Shown here one piece after another: positions 39,016 through 53,894 of a stretch of DNA of 64,000 nucleotides. Position 1 is the stretch's first letter. Every line of letters starts with the position of its first letter. The stretch is from Octopus vulgaris (taxonomy: Eukaryota), in contig OX597829.1 of the NCBI GenBank assembly GCA_951406725.2, positions 6,014,001 to 6,078,000 of the forward strand, in the 5' to 3' direction. The notes under the pieces were generated by a model, which was given only the letters and a program-made list of their open reading frames with translations, had not been told where the DNA came from and did not search any database. Position numbers and translations under genes: made by a program.

Positions 39016-40603
39016 CAAAATCGCGAATTACATCTATTCTAGCCATTGTTATATATAGATTATGTGTGTGTGTGTGCGCGCGCGTGCGTGTATGCATGTG
39101 TGTGTGTGTGTGTGTGTGTATGGGTCAAAACAGTTTGATTTAAATTCGTTGTTACTCTTGTGTTTCAAGTGTGATGCTAGTCTTCAGCCATTTTGAATTT
39201 TGTATATGTGTGTGTTTGTGTGTGTGTGTGTATATATATATGTGTGTAGATACATAATAAATTTTAGCATAAGTGGTTCTAATTAGTACCCTCCGTTATT
39301 TTTCTGACCTCTATTAAATTTGCCTGTATGTATATGTGTGCATATATATGTATATATGCATGTATGTTTGTATGTGTGTGTAAGCGTGTATGTGTAAGCG
39401 TGTGTGTATATATGTATGTGTGTGTGTGTGTGTGAGTATACACACACACAATCGCATACATATAAAGACAGCTCCTATTCCAAAACAAGTTCATTTCTTC
39501 TTGTTGCATTTTCTACTGAGATATTTCCCTGACAGGATATTTTCTATAATCGTATGATGATTTTATTTCGAACAAACAGTGTAGAAAAATATATATGAAA
39601 TTTGCTGTTGTATAAAATAAATATATTGCATCTTTTGTTACTCTTTTAAGAGTTAGAGGGCTCTTAATAAATGGCAATGCATTTGAGATTCGAAATATTT
39701 TTAGTTGGTAACATTTGCCCCATACTTTCACCGCTGTTATTTTCTCATTCATATAATAAAGTGATAGATTAAAAGGTGTTGTTGACGTCAAATAAATCAC
39801 CTTGGACCAAAGAGGAACAGATTAAATGCAGCGCTAAAGCGGTCAAGGAAATGTAAACACTTCCCCAACCAAAACACTAACAGCAACAACAACAGCAACA
39901 ACTCAATAACGAAAACAACAAAAACAACAACAACAACAACAACAATAAGCAGTTTATTCCATAGAAATGGAAATTATTTCACATCTGTTAGTAGTGTGGA
40001 TATCGAAGAATAACATTGCTTGAGGCCAAATATAACATTAATGGTTCAAATAGTTCCAATCAGTTAAAGTGATTGGAATTAATGAAAATAAAAAAAAAAT
40101 CACAAGCAAATACTTGTCTTTTTGTTTTTTTCTATCTTTTCTTGTTATTTTGTCCCATGTGGACATCGCTACTTTCAATTCTCGCCATCTTCATCTCAAC
40201 AGTCATGTGACTTATAGATTCCCGATGCTGAAGCACATTTTTCATCCACACACAAATACATATACAAGCTTACCACACATTGGTACATAGATAAGAAATT
40301 ACACATTCATATACATAACAACACATGCACGTATGCATGTACTCACACACACATATGAATACGTACGTGTACATACATACTTAAAACCGCTATACATATC
40401 TATCTACATATATATAGAAACATACAGATATATATATATATATATATATACACGGTTCAGTTATCTTGGTAGACTAATAAAATGAGTAAATATTAGAAAT
40501 GAAAACCTACCCTTCTCGTCCTAAAAGCACAATCTACATGAAAACTATCATTAAAACTATTAAATATAGATCCGGAAGACTTGTGTATATACACATAAAT
40601 GTA

Positions 40604-40700
<97 letters not shown>

Positions 40701-40705
40701 TACAG

Positions 40706-40786
<81 letters not shown>

Positions 40787-41267
40787 TACATATTTACACA
40801 TATATAAATATAAACATACACACACATACATATATACGTACACGCACTCACGCATGCATACATACACACACACACACACACATGTGTGTGCATGTGTGCG
40901 GACAAGCATGCACATACGTGTTTGTTTATTTGGCTTGTTTTGATATCTTACCATTTCCTCACCTTTTTCAATTAAGAAAATATGATTTCAGATATAGCGG
41001 GATACAATTTTAGCCTCTAACAACCCCAACACCAGCACTCGATACTGTTATTTTAATCAGTATCCAATATTGATTAATGTTAGGGGTCACTATTAAAAAA
41101 AAAAAAAAATTCTCTTGGGCTGACTGCTTCGTGCTGATTGTCTGTTTCATGCAAAGAAGTGAAATTTGTTTCGTTTACAGCATTTATTCAATTACAATTT
41201 AGCAGCTATAAAATTTATGAAGCAGCTGTGGCGCCATCATGCCACTATCCCTTCTACACCCAACTGC

Positions 41268-41405
41268 AGATCATGATCATCATTACCATCATCATCATGA
41301 TCGTGAGCTTTCTTTTCTGTCTCCTCCTCCTCCTCATCATCATCATCCTCATCATCATCGTCGTCGTCATCATCATCATCATCATATCACCACCACCACT
41401 ACCAT

Positions 41406-41437
<32 letters not shown>

Positions 41438-42108
41438 TCAACCCCCCCTCCACCATCACCACCACCATCATCATCATCATCATCATCGTCGTCGTCGTCA
41501 TCATCATCATCATCATCATCATTACCAATACCATTATCATCGTCGTCGCCTGCCCACTATCATTAATATTAACATTATCATCATCATCGCCATCACTGCC
41601 ACCACCACTACCACCACCACTACCTCTACCACCATTACCACCACTACGAACACCATCAACAATACCACCACCAGCACTACTTCCATCCTCCATTTCATCT
41701 TCATCATCATCGTCGCCATCATCATTATCATCATCATTATTATCATTATCTTCGTTATTATTATCATCATCATCTTCGACGACATCGTCCTCGTCGTCTT
41801 CACCATCATCATAGCCATCACTGGCACCACCACCGCCACCACCACCGCCACCACCACCACCACCACCACCACCACCACCACCACCACCAAATTCCTCCTG
41901 CACATCATCGTCGTCGTCGTCGTCATCATTTTCATCAGCAACAGTCCACCCCTCCATTTTGGGTACTCCATGACATATCGGTCGGCGGACTGTTTTGCTT
42001 GGATCTTTTATTGTCTCACTCACTGAAAGCTTGTTTAAATCCATCACTGACGATGCCGACGATGACGTGGTCTATGCTAATGACGACACAGATGCTGCTT
42101 CTGCTGCT

Positions 42109-42142
<34 letters not shown>

Positions 42143-42210
42143 ATGGTGATGGTGATGGTTATGGTGATGATTGGATGGTAATGGTAGTGATGATAGTGGT
42201 GGCGGTGGCG
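41268..42210. repeat. Compound trinucleotide repeat (CAT/CAC/CGT left, GAT/GGT right) around a unique core
   Basis: Direct observation. Confidence 0.9.
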
Positions 42211-42314
42211 TTAGTTCTGCACTACCTCTCAAATCACAGATGCCACTAATATCTCCACTAACACCACTTACACCACTACCTATTCCACACTTGAATAAGA
42301 AGGAAAAAACAATC

Positions 42315-42478
42315 ATAGGCGCAGGAGTGGCTGTGTGGTATGTAGCTTGCTTACCAACCACATGGTTCCGGGTTCAGTCCCACTGCGTGGCACCTTGGGC
42401 AAGTGTCTTCTACTATTGCCTCGAGCCGACCAAAGCCTTGTGAGTGGATTTGGTAGACGGAAACTAAAAGAAGCCCGT

Positions 42479-42551
<73 letters not shown>

Positions 42552-42634
42552 CTGTGTTTGTCCCCTTCAGCATCGCTTGACAACCGATGATGGTGTGTTT
42601 ACTTTCCTGTAACTTAGCGGTTCGGTAAAAGAGT
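42315..42634 (+). mobile_element. SINE-A, 3'-truncated
   Basis: Head and body match other copies. Confidence 0.9.
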
Positions 42635-44625
42635 ATAGTATTCTTCACAATCCCCCATACTACCATTCATTTCAAGTACTAGCCACATCATTTATTGTTT
42701 TCTTCTCTTTCTAAGACTGTAAGGTGTTGCTTTTGGAAAGGTTCAACGCAATTTCTAGCATGACAAGCTACCACATACAGTTTGTTCGAGAGCTTGGTGG
42801 TAGTATTTTTCGTTGTAGTGACAGTTATAAAGTTAGAATTGCTAGAGGTATCGAATCAAAGCAAGAGCCAAGGAACATTTTTAACCAATTACCCTAAAAT
42901 TTAATTATTTGCGCCGACGCTACCCGTCCTCTTAATTTGAAAGGAAAAAAATCATAGACACTTTGAAATCAAAAGGTTTATCGAATCCGTTTATATAGAG
43001 AATACAATTATCAATATAAAAATTATAAAACACATGCGATAAAGTAAAATTAATACACTCATTATGAAACAAAAGGATTTTGCTAGGAACTTTTTCACTT
43101 CAGGTTTTGGTGAAATGATGTTTCATTTTTTTTTTTTTTTTTTTCTTACAATTACATCAAAACATTTCGGATACAGTCATCGGGATCCAATCGATTATTC
43201 TACTTTGTTTTTATGTTCATTAGAGTGGAAAATCATTGTTTGCAAAGGTAGGTTGTTGCAAAAGGCAGCAACTTTTTGACTCTCTCCTCAGAGCCACAAG
43301 AAATATTTCTGTCGTAACAACGAACAAGTTTTTTTTTTTATATATAATTTTACTTAAGTCTAATGAGTTCTCATTACTCCCAATTTTACCCCACTCGGGG
43401 TAATTTATTCCAGTTCACCGACCCCTGAATTAAAGGTAACAACTGTCTCACAGCAGCAAGCATTCTTGTCTTACATTCTGCGAAAGACCTTTCCTCTTTA
43501 GTGGAGTGAACTAAAGGAATCATAGAAAATGTTTAATGGTGTACATTTGTAAACGGTCTACTTAAATAAATTACTCTTAGACACCATCTGCATTGAAGCC
43601 AATAATTTAGTTAGTAGTAACCTATTTATCGCAGCAATCTTAAAAGGCCCATTTGAAGCAATCCACTAAATAAATGCAATATCAATTGTTCCCTAAATTT
43701 TAGATTGTTTATGAGTCGAGTATGTGTTGAATACTGTGGGCTCCAAGTAAAACACCGGGTCCTTTGTTTTGCTGAAACGAATTAAAAAGTAATACAGACT
43801 TTCTTATCTCCAACAAATATATAACAATCCAAATATGACTTAAGTTGAAATAAATCAGATCTTTGTTGACAGATATGTAGATAACTATGAAATGCTTAAA
43901 CTATATTATATCTCTTCAGTAAACGTAGCCTCTTCAAATCTGCTTTGCTAAGGAAACAAGGTTTTTCAAGTAGAAAATGAGTGTTTTGGCCTGTATAATT
44001 ACAAAGAATTAACCAAAGAAAATTAATTATGATAATTAGATAATTTAAGTTGGTGGTAATATTTTGAATGTTATGTAGAAATAAATTCTTACTCAGTTTT
44101 TTTTTCTTTTTGAAGAATTAGAATAAAATCCGTGCTTTTTATATAAATAACCAGACAATATCTGTTATAAATTAACCGTAAACTTAATGAAATACTTTTT
44201 TTCTTTCTTTATTTTGGAATCTACCGTTGTCATAGCATTGTTGACAAACTCTTTAATTTAAATTAATTTATTCGTTAATGTTGTCTTCAGTAACTATCAA
44301 TATTAAAAATTCTTTGTCTGCTGATTCGCACTTAGTCTTTTCACTATAATTTAATTACCAGTTAATCCATGACTAGAATTGTCTTTTTCTTTCTTTCTTT
44401 TAGTTGTGCAGCAATTGACTAGAGAACATCAATAGTATTTACATCTCCGCATGAACTGAGATATTTCAGAGAAAAACGTGAAACAAATCATTTTTACGAA
44501 ATGGCTTTATTGAAATATACAAGTTACTTTTACATTTGAATACATGTATATGTGCTTCAAATATTGTACTTTAAATAAGTTTTTTCTTTAATATTATCTT
44601 ATTTATATTTTTTTAATCAACAATA

Positions 44626-45247
44626 TAGGCGCAGGAGTGGCTGTGTGGTAAGTGGCTTGCTAACCAACCACATGGTTCCGGGTTCAGTCCCACTGCATGG
44701 CACCTTGGGCAAGTGTCTTCTGCTATAGCCCCGAGCCGACCAATGCCTTGTGAGTGGATTTGGTAGACGGAAACTGAAAGAAGCCTGTCATATATATGTA
44801 TATATATATATATATATGTGTGTGTTTGTGTGTCTGTGTTTGTCCCCCTAGCATTGCTTGACAACCGATGCTGGTGTGTTTACGTCCCGTCACTTAGCGG
44901 TTCGGCAAAAGAGACCGATAAAATAAGTACTGGGCTTACAAAGAATAAGTCCCGGGGTCGATTTGCTCGACTAAAGGCGGTGCTCCAGCACGGCCGCAGT
45001 CAAATGACTGAAACAAGTAAAAGAGTAAAAGAGTATGAAATGATACTATTTATTGTTAGACCTTCTTGTGTGTCTGTGTTTGTCCCCCTAGCATTGCTTG
45101 ACAACCGATGCTGGTGTGTTTACGTCCCCGTCACTTAGCGGTTCGGCAAAAGAGTCCGATAGAATAAGTACTGGGCTTACAAAAGAATAAGTCGGAATTA
45201 CCGGGGTCTAAAGTGAATAAATATAAGTATAATGATTTGCTCGACTC
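44626..45247 (+). mobile_element. SINE-A full copy (44626-45033) plus duplicated 3' half (45067-45247)
   Basis: Near-identical to 53218-53631. Confidence 0.92.
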
Positions 45248-45344
45248 CGTAATGGACATGCATCTGTCATCTGACATATTGAGGAATCCTACAGCTAAGA
45301 GTAGCGCCATAAAGTGCCACATGAGTACATATTAGTATATCAAT

Positions 45345-45514
<170 letters not shown>

Positions 45515-45655
45515 TGAGAAATTAAGGCCTACACGATTTCTGAGCGTTTGATATTGTCAAATTGCCTCGGAATTACTGGCAGAAACAATCTCACCTCGAC
45601 AATTTGGTTGCTTAAAGTGAATAAATATAAGTATAATGATATTTACTTGGGTGAA

Positions 45656-45860
45656 AAAAATTACATAACAAAAACACCAGGACTTACAAACACATATAAC
45701 ATACAGAAAATTGCACTACTAGGCACTGCACATATCCTACGCAGAACACTTTCCATACAATAACCATCAGAGCATCACAACAAATCACAGCACATACCCA
45801 AGGCACACAGAGCTGCGCTCGGTAGTGAAGTGAAAGCACGCTAAAAAAATAAAACTACTG
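45656..45860 (+). mobile_element. R4/Dong LINE 3'-end fragment
   Basis: IQKIALLGTAHILRRTL stop plus a 3' UTR matching 49540-49740; followed by (AAT)n. Confidence 0.85.
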
Positions 45861-45885
45861 AATAATAATAATAATAATAATAATA

Positions 45886-46023
<138 letters not shown>

Positions 46024-46033
46024 TAATAATAAT

Positions 46034-49000
46034 AGAACACCGGGGACGTTTAACAGAGAACACCGTGGACGTTTAAATTGTGAGAGCGATTAAGCACCGT
46101 CCCGAAATCTATCCAAAACATCGGGAATAAAGACAATAAATACAACCTAAAAATGACTGATAAAGTGTTGGGCTATATCCGAGTAAATAATACTCATTCA
46201 AATTTATTTCTACTTTCGAAATGAAATGATGTATTTTAACTGTGTATCATCTCCATCACTCGCCACATTACGGTTGAAACAGACTCGCCACATTACAGTT
46301 GAAATCAAAATCAGACCGTTTCCATCCCCAAACATACAAAAGAAAAGAAAAAGAAACAGAAAAAGAAATTAAATAATACCAGCATTATTCAACCTAAGGA
46401 TAACAAGCGAGAAGTATATATTTAAACTTATTACACAAAAAGTAGGGAAAATACGCATGCAAAAGTATTTAACACCAGAAAAATAAAGGGCCGGACGTTA
46501 ATCCTAGTGTCCCGCAGCAATAGAATAGAACACTTGAAAGAGAAAATACGCCAGGAAAATGTAGATAGTTACCACACAGCAATGCCAAATAATATCATAA
46601 GTATTGGGACTATAAAATGCGAAGACAGACATAACATTTCCAACAAAAACGAAGTAAATAACAAAAGACAACAAACCCAAATCGTAGGAATGTATAACGA
46701 TGAGCAAAATGCACCAAACCAGAACACCACAGACAAAAAATATGAACGGTGGGGGAATATGAAACGAATATAAAACATGGAAGCAGTGAAGGTGAAACTA
46801 ATGATAATGATACTCTAAAATGAGTATAATCAAAGAAATCGAAGCCACAGATCTCAGTATGGATCACCGATTATACCTCTCAAAAATAAAATCTGATAAT
46901 AAAACAACACCAATAATAAATATCATGAACCTGTTCGTCACAGAACTGATAGACACAAAAACAAATGTGAATATGACTGGGTTAAATTATATAATATATA
47001 CAGCAGCGTCTGTGGTCACAAAAGAAGCTAGATACTCCCTAAAACCCATCCAAACAGGAGTAGCACAACCCAAACAAACCCTGTGGATAAATGATATCTA
47101 GAAAAATAGAAAATAGAATAAAGGATCTATCAACTTGTCATGAAACTTGTAGACAATCAACACTACTAAGCAACAAGCAGAGAACAAAAATACTACGTAA
47201 ATACAAAATTACAGAAAAAGGTATACCTGAGGTAAAAAAAAAACACAAACAAACAAAAAACAGCTAAAGCAAAATATCCTTGCCAAAGCACAAAGAATCC
47301 GCCGGTATGAGAAACACCAACGTTTCTTTGAACAAAACAAACAGTTCAAATCCAATTCAAAAATATTCTACCAAGAACTTGGCAAAAATAGAGATCAATA
47401 CAGCACCAACAACAGAAGAAGTTGAAGAATTTTGGAAAGAAATATGGTCGGCGCAGGATCAACCCCAAAAGAGACCTATCAAAACAACAAACACATCACC
47501 TGAACACCACGGGGCACCTATAACAACTGAAGTGGTCACCCAGGCACTGCAGAAACTAAGCAACTGAAAGGCATCTGGGCAAGACAAGATCCCCAACGTC
47601 TGGTCAGAATACCTAACTGGAATACATAAAACGCTGGCTGAGAAATTTAATGACATACTAGCAGAGAAACAGAGAATGCCTGAATGGCTCACGAAAAGGA
47701 AAACTATCCTAGTTCCCAAATCCACTGGAACGGCAAACTCACAGAATTACAGACCATTAACTTCTCTCCTTACAATTTACAAAGCATTTACTACAATAAT
47801 ATCGCAAAACTGGGCAAAGATCTGGAAGAAAACAATCTGTTTCCAGAAGAGCAGAAAGGATGCTGCAAGGGCTCAATACGGCTGTAAAGATCAGCTAGTG
47901 ATCAATAAAGCCATAACTGAAGACAGCCACAGAAAGAAGAAGGATCTAAGTATGGCCTGGATCGATTATTGAAAGGCGTTTGATAGTATTCCCCACACAT
48001 AGATCCTAGAAATACTAGCCATGAACAAAGTAGCACCAATGGTCATAAAATATATAAAACATTCCATGAATAAATAGCTGACAGTGCTACAGCTTCAGAT
48101 AAAAGAGGGACTCATAGAAACCAAAACCATTCCCATTACTGGCACCTTTATCTGACATGTTGAACAGAACTGGATGCAGATACAACTGTCACGGCGAAAC
48201 AATCAACCTTCTCTTTATATGGATGATCTAAAACTGTATTCTTCAAATGAAAAACAGCTAGGAACATTACTATAGGCAGTACATGGATTTATGAAAGAAA
48301 TAATCATGAAATTTGGCTTAGAAAAATGTGTGAAAGCAATCTTGAAAAGAGGAACATTAGTTAAGAGTAACAATATCACACCAGATAAAGCAAATGAAAT
48401 AAGAGAATTAGACCAACGCTAGACATACAGATACTTAGGAATCAGTAACTAGATACGATGCAACACACACATAAATGAAAGATAAAATAAGAAAGGAGTA
48501 TTATAGACGAGTTAGATTAATACTGAAAAGAGAGCTCAATGCGAAAAACAAGATAATAGATATCAACACTCTAGCCATCCCAGTTGTATGTAACAGCCAC
48601 AATATTCAAAACTGGACTCTAAATGAACTAATCAAAATAGACAAGAATAATAATAACAGGATTCAGGATGCACCACACAAAATTTGACTTAGATAGCAAG
48701 GAAAACTAATGCAAATAGTCACAAAACACAAGCAAATCAAATAGCTGTTTTCTGTTTTTAAGGAAGTTGACAAATACAAAAAAAGAAGTCATAGTAACTA
48801 ACAACTATGAGGAAAAAGAAGAAACAACAAAAGCTATAAAACAACTGAAATCCAAACTAAAGCTAGAACAGCAACGGGTCATGATAAAACGATGACAAGA
48901 AATGCCCCTATGTGGCAAATATTGGGTTAAGCTAAACAAAAGAAATAGACAAAGCAAAATCCCAACAATGGCTGAGAAGCTCAGGACTCAAAGCAGAGAC

Positions 49001-49740
49001 TGAAGGATTTTTAATTGCAGCTCAAGACCAAAGCCTCCCCACCAGAAATTACCAAAAACATGTAATGAAAAGAAATATAACAAGTAACTGCAGAATTTGT
49101 GGTAATAGAGAAGAAATAATAAATCATATTGTCTCTGGCTGTCCAGCCCTGGCTAAGAAAGAATATATTCTCAGACATGACAGAGTTTGGACCTGCATAC
49201 ACTGGAAGCTATGCCAAAACAGCGGAATAAAAACAGAAAAAGATGGTATAGGCACTCACCAGAAAAGGTCACAGAAGATGAGAAAGTAACCATACTCTGG
49301 GATATGTCAATACAAAAATAAAGGCTAATAGACCGGATATAGTTGAGTAGTGAGAGATCACCAAGGAAAAAAAATTGCTTTCTAATTGATGTATCGATAC
49401 GAGGAGATGACAACGTTTCTCTAAAAGAAACTTTCAAATTCCAAACATCTGGAAACAATGGTAACTCGAATGTGGAGCCTAAAAACCAACCAATTCTTAT
49501 TATAGTAAGCGCGTTAGGTATTATAAAAATAACATACAGACAAATACATAACAAAAGCACCAAGACTTTCAGGTATGTATAACACACAGAAAATAGCACT
49601 ACTAGGCATCGGGTACATCCTACGTAAAACACTTTAAATACAGTGAAAATAAAGGCACCACAACAAATCACAGCACCTACCCAAAGCACACAGAGCTGCG
49701 CTCAGTAGTGAAGTGAAAGCAGGTGAAGAAAATAAGACTA
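46034..49740 (+). mobile_element. R4/Dong-clade LINE, near full length, decayed (RT + CCHC + restriction-like endonuclease)
   Basis: MPEWLT...NYRPLT, FPEEQKGC, GCKDQLVINK, AWIDY.KAFDSIPH, YMDDLKLY, ETEGFLIAAQDQ, CRICGNREEIINHIVSGC, RHDRV, RPDIV, CFLIDVSI; starts directly after (AAT)n. Confidence 0.92.
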
Positions 49741-50274
49741 GTACCAGGCAGTGACTTTCATGGCTTCTCTTAACTGATTGGAAGTGTTGTCATGTACATT
49801 GTTTTGTCTTCGTATAAAAGATGGGCTACAGCAAATATTCTGCTCAATACCACAGATTTGCTTGTCAGTTGTGTGACCTTAACCAGTTGACCATGTCATT
49901 TAGTGGCTGATGATATGTGCATCTCTGATCACGAGCAAATGTAGTTGAGGAGCATCATAGCCATGTGTTGAGAGGAATTCTTTGGAGTTTTAAAAATTAC
50001 CTCTGAAAACATGGGTTTTCCGTTCAACATCCTTAAACAACCCTATTCAAGGGCCTTTTGATTGGGATGGGCTAATCGACCTGAAGAAAATTCCAACTGG
50101 TCTCCACTTGCAAGGCTATGTGCTGTTTATCTTGATGAGATCAACATGTCGTGCACATATGGTTATGGTGTTTATACCTGGTGTACACTTAACAAACGGG
50201 TAGTTAAGATGGGTATATTGGGCTTCATATATTTTACCCCAGTGTCACCTTGATGACATGTACCGCTCCCTCAC

Positions 50275-50277
<3 letters not shown>
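49741..50277 (+). mobile_element. Unclassified retroelement 3' region ending in (TAA)n
   Basis: Distinct block between the Dong 3' end and an (AAT)n tail; family not assignable. Confidence 0.45.
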
Positions 50278-50348
<71 letters not shown>

Positions 50349-50349
50349 T

Positions 50350-51092
50350 ATATTGGATGTCACGTGAGTTTCACCTGAAGGAAGTGAGTATGGGAGTTTC
50401 AGAGCATTCTCTTTTCCGAAGTGGATTACCTCAAATTCCACCTCGTTCAGCAACATATTATTCTTTTGCGCCCATTGTATGACAGCCAGTAGATCTGACT
50501 GAAGGCATGTCCGGTCACCCACTTCATTGATGATCTTTTGAATCTTGGAATCATCTGCAAAGATTCTTATGTTACTGCGTTTGATGATGTCAGTGATGCC
50601 ACTTATGTAGGTAGATGATGAAAAGAAGGGGGCCCAACACAGTGCCTTGTGGAGCAGCACTACTGTCTTCGGCTGGGCTTGATTTTACTCCTCGACTACA
50701 ACGTGTTGTGTGTTGTCTGTCATGAACCACTTGATCCATTGTAGTAACTCTCCACAGAGACACCAATGTTGGATAGTTTTTTTCTTGAGAATCTTTTGTT
50801 CAACCCAGTCTAAAGCCTTGCTGAACTCAAGGTAGATAATATCGGGGATGGAGTCCTCTCCCAAAGCTCTCAAAATGTCATCAAATTGATGCAGGAGCTG
50901 CGTTAGGCAGTTCCTTCCATTACAGAACCCATTTTGGTTGGGGTTTAGCAGTCTGTTGCTTTCAAGAAAGTGGGTTATCCATCATCCTCACCACCCTCTC
51001 AAATACCTTGATGATTTGAGAGATGAGTGAGATCGGACGGCAGTTCACTGCAAGGGACTGTTTCCCGTTTTGAAAACCGGTATAACAGGCTG
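50350..51092 (-). mobile_element. CR1-clade LINE RT fragment
   Basis: DIIYLEFSKALDWV, PQGTVLGP, IRIFADDSKI, LQSDLLAVIQWA. Confidence 0.85.
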
Positions 51093-51134
51093 AGAAATAC
51101 AGAGATAGATAGATACAAATATATCCTGTTACTT

Positions 51135-51552
51135 CTTTTACTTCTTTCAGTCATTTGACTACAGTCATGCTGGAGCATCGCCTTTAGTCGAGCAAATCGA
51201 CCCCAGGACTTATTCTTTGCAAGCCTAGTACTAATTCTATCGGCCTGTTTTGCTGAACCGCTATGTATGTATAGTTAAAATTTATGGAGAAACAAAAGAT
51301 GAAAACAAGTATATGAATAACAAGCAAGAGTTTGACGCTCGGACTGTATTTGTTTTTGTTTGTCCCCCCCTTCCTACTTAACAACGGGTGTTGGTTTGTT
51401 TGCACCCCCGCAACTTAGCGTTCGTATATGAGACCAATAGGATACGTACTAGGCTTATAAAAATAAGTTATGGCGTTGATTTCTTTGAATAAAACCCCTC
51501 AAGGCGGTGCCCCAGCGTGACCGCTGTCAAATGACTGAAACATGTAAAAGAT
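51135..51552. mobile_element. Two SINE-A tails in divergent orientation
   Basis: 51135-51262 is minus and 51345-51552 is plus. Confidence 0.75.
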
Positions 51553-51553
51553 A

Positions 51554-51601
<48 letters not shown>

Positions 51602-52478
51602 CACACATATATAAATAAATATATATCTATATATCTATATCTATTTATCTATCTATCTATCTCTCTCTCTCTCTATATATATATATATGTACATACATAT
51701 ACGTATATATAAGCGTGTATGTGTGTGTTCATATCTGAGCGTGCACACACGTTTGTATGTACGTGAGTGCGCGCACGTGAGTGTATATTTCTATTCGTGT
51801 GTACGAATGTAAGTATGTACGTTTGTATGCAGAAGAATGACGGGCAAGGTCAAATGTGTTCAACCGTGACGTGAAGGGCTGCTGATCACAGGAAGATGGA
51901 AGGACGTCGAGAGGGAGAGACATCTGGATTTTTGAAAAGTCACCTTTTGTATAAGTGGAGCGTGGGTGGTAATGATAAGGGAGTAGTACTGGAAGTGGGA
52001 GGGGTGGTCATGGCAGTGGTTGTCATGGTGGCAGATGTGATGAACTGTTAATACAATACTAGTTAGGGAACAGGCAGGAACGCAGTATATCTCTAAAACA
52101 ACACACACCTTAAGATTCTCAATATAGATATTTGATCGGCTAGAAATAGCAACCAAATTTCCCTCATATCACACTTAGACATAGAAACAGAAGCAGACAT
52201 TGAGTAAAGTAGTATCAGTTACAGAATCAGATAAAAAAAGAATAAGCGAATATATCATTGAAGTAAAAATGCTTTTGAACAGAGGTCGTCGCATTGATCA
52301 GTTCCAACAAATGATAAAATGTGGCTAGACTTGAACAGCTTATCTTTTCTTAAATATTGTGTAATTTAATATGTTATATGATTTAATTGATGTTTGCTTA
52401 GCATTGAGCATGGAAGTATGCATTTATTATTTATGTTAATACAAGTGTGCTGATTTGCGGGAAAAAAAGTTATTTATG

Positions 52479-52509
52479 TCATGTACATAAGTACCTAAGG
52501 GTTTCCATT

Positions 52510-52563
<54 letters not shown>

Positions 52564-52592
52564 ATGTACATAAGTACCTAAGGGTTTCCATT

Positions 52593-52670
<78 letters not shown>
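52479..52670 (+). repeat. Tandem duplication of a ~30-bp unique unit plus (CTAT)n
   Basis: TCATGTACATAAGTACCTAAGGGTTTCCATTT at 52479 and 52562. Confidence 0.9.
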
Positions 52671-52824
52671 CATCCATCCATCTATCTATCTATCTGCCTG
52701 TCTGTCTATGTGTCTGTTTGTCTGTCTATTTATCTATCTATCTATCTAACTATCTATCTATCTATCTGTCTGTCTCTCTGTCTATTTGTCTATCTCTCTC
52801 CCTCCCTCCCTCCCTCTCTCTCTC

Positions 52825-52872
<48 letters not shown>

Positions 52873-52876
52873 CAAG

Positions 52877-52967
52877 GTGCCACTGCTTGGTGTCTTCTAC
52901 TATAGCTTCGGGCCGACCAAAGCCTTGTGAGTGGATTTGGTAGACGGAAACTGAAAGAAGCCCGTCG

Positions 52968-52999
<32 letters not shown>

Positions 53000-53631
53000 T
53001 GTGTGTGTGTGTTCCCCCAACATCGCTTGACAACCGATACTGGTGTGTTTACGACGCCGTAACCTAGCGGTTTGGCAAATGAGTCCGATAGAATAAGTAC
53101 TGGGGTTACCAAAGAATAAGCCCTGAGGTCAATTTGTTTGACTAAAGGTGGTGCTCAAGCATGGCCGCAGTCGAATGACTGAAACAAATAAGAGAATAAA
53201 AAAGAATACATACATACATAGGCGCAGGAGTGGCTGTGTGGTAAGTAGCTTACTAACCAACCACATGCTTCCGGGTTCAGTCCCACTGCGTGGCATCTTG
53301 GGCAAGTGTCTTCTGCTATAGCCTCGGGGCGACCGAAGCCTTGTGAGTGGATTTGGTAGACGGAAACCGAAAGAAGCCTGTCGTATATATGTATATATAT
53401 GTGCATGTGTGTGTATATGTTTGTGTGTCTATGTTTGTCCCTCTAGCATTGCTTGACAACCGATGCTGGTGTGTTTACGTCCCCGTCACTTAGCGGTTCG
53501 GCAAAAGAGACCGATAGAATAAGTACTGGGCTTACAAAGAATAAGTCCCGGGGTCGATTTGCCCCATTAAAGGCGGTGCTCCAGCATGGCCGCAGTCAAA
53601 TGACTGAAACAAGTAAACGAGTAAACGAGTA
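52877..53631 (+). mobile_element. Two tandem SINE-A copies
   Basis: 52877-53200 is truncated; 53218-53631 is full length. Confidence 0.92.
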
Positions 53632-53640
53632 ACATACACA

Positions 53641-53894
53641 TATATAAAAATTTTTTTCAAAATGAGATAAATCCAAGGCTGTGAAGATTTTAGAACATGC
53701 ATAAATAGAAGGTCTGACAGCTATTTCCAGGATATTTATTCTATCCCTTCATCGGAGACGGTGTGAGAAAATGACTCTGATGGAGGGATATAATAAACAT
53801 CCTGGAAATAGCTGTCAGACCTATTTATAAATGTTCTAAAATTTTCACAGCCATGTTTTTTTAAAATCTCATTCTGATAAAAAATTTTTTATAT
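53641..53894. mobile_element. Fold-back of two Penelope-type pLTRs, each with a type I hammerhead motif
   Basis: Arms of ~118 bp around a ~17-nt spacer; consensus GTCT-CTGATGA-A-GGGATA..TATCCT-G-GAAA-TAGCT-GTC-AGAC. Confidence 0.75.

Noticed and set aside
41382-42047. 221-aa acidic/Gly-rich ORF as a CDS
   Set aside because: Mostly triplet-repeat read-through with overlapping ORFs in several frames, an upstream in-frame stop and no clear splice signals.
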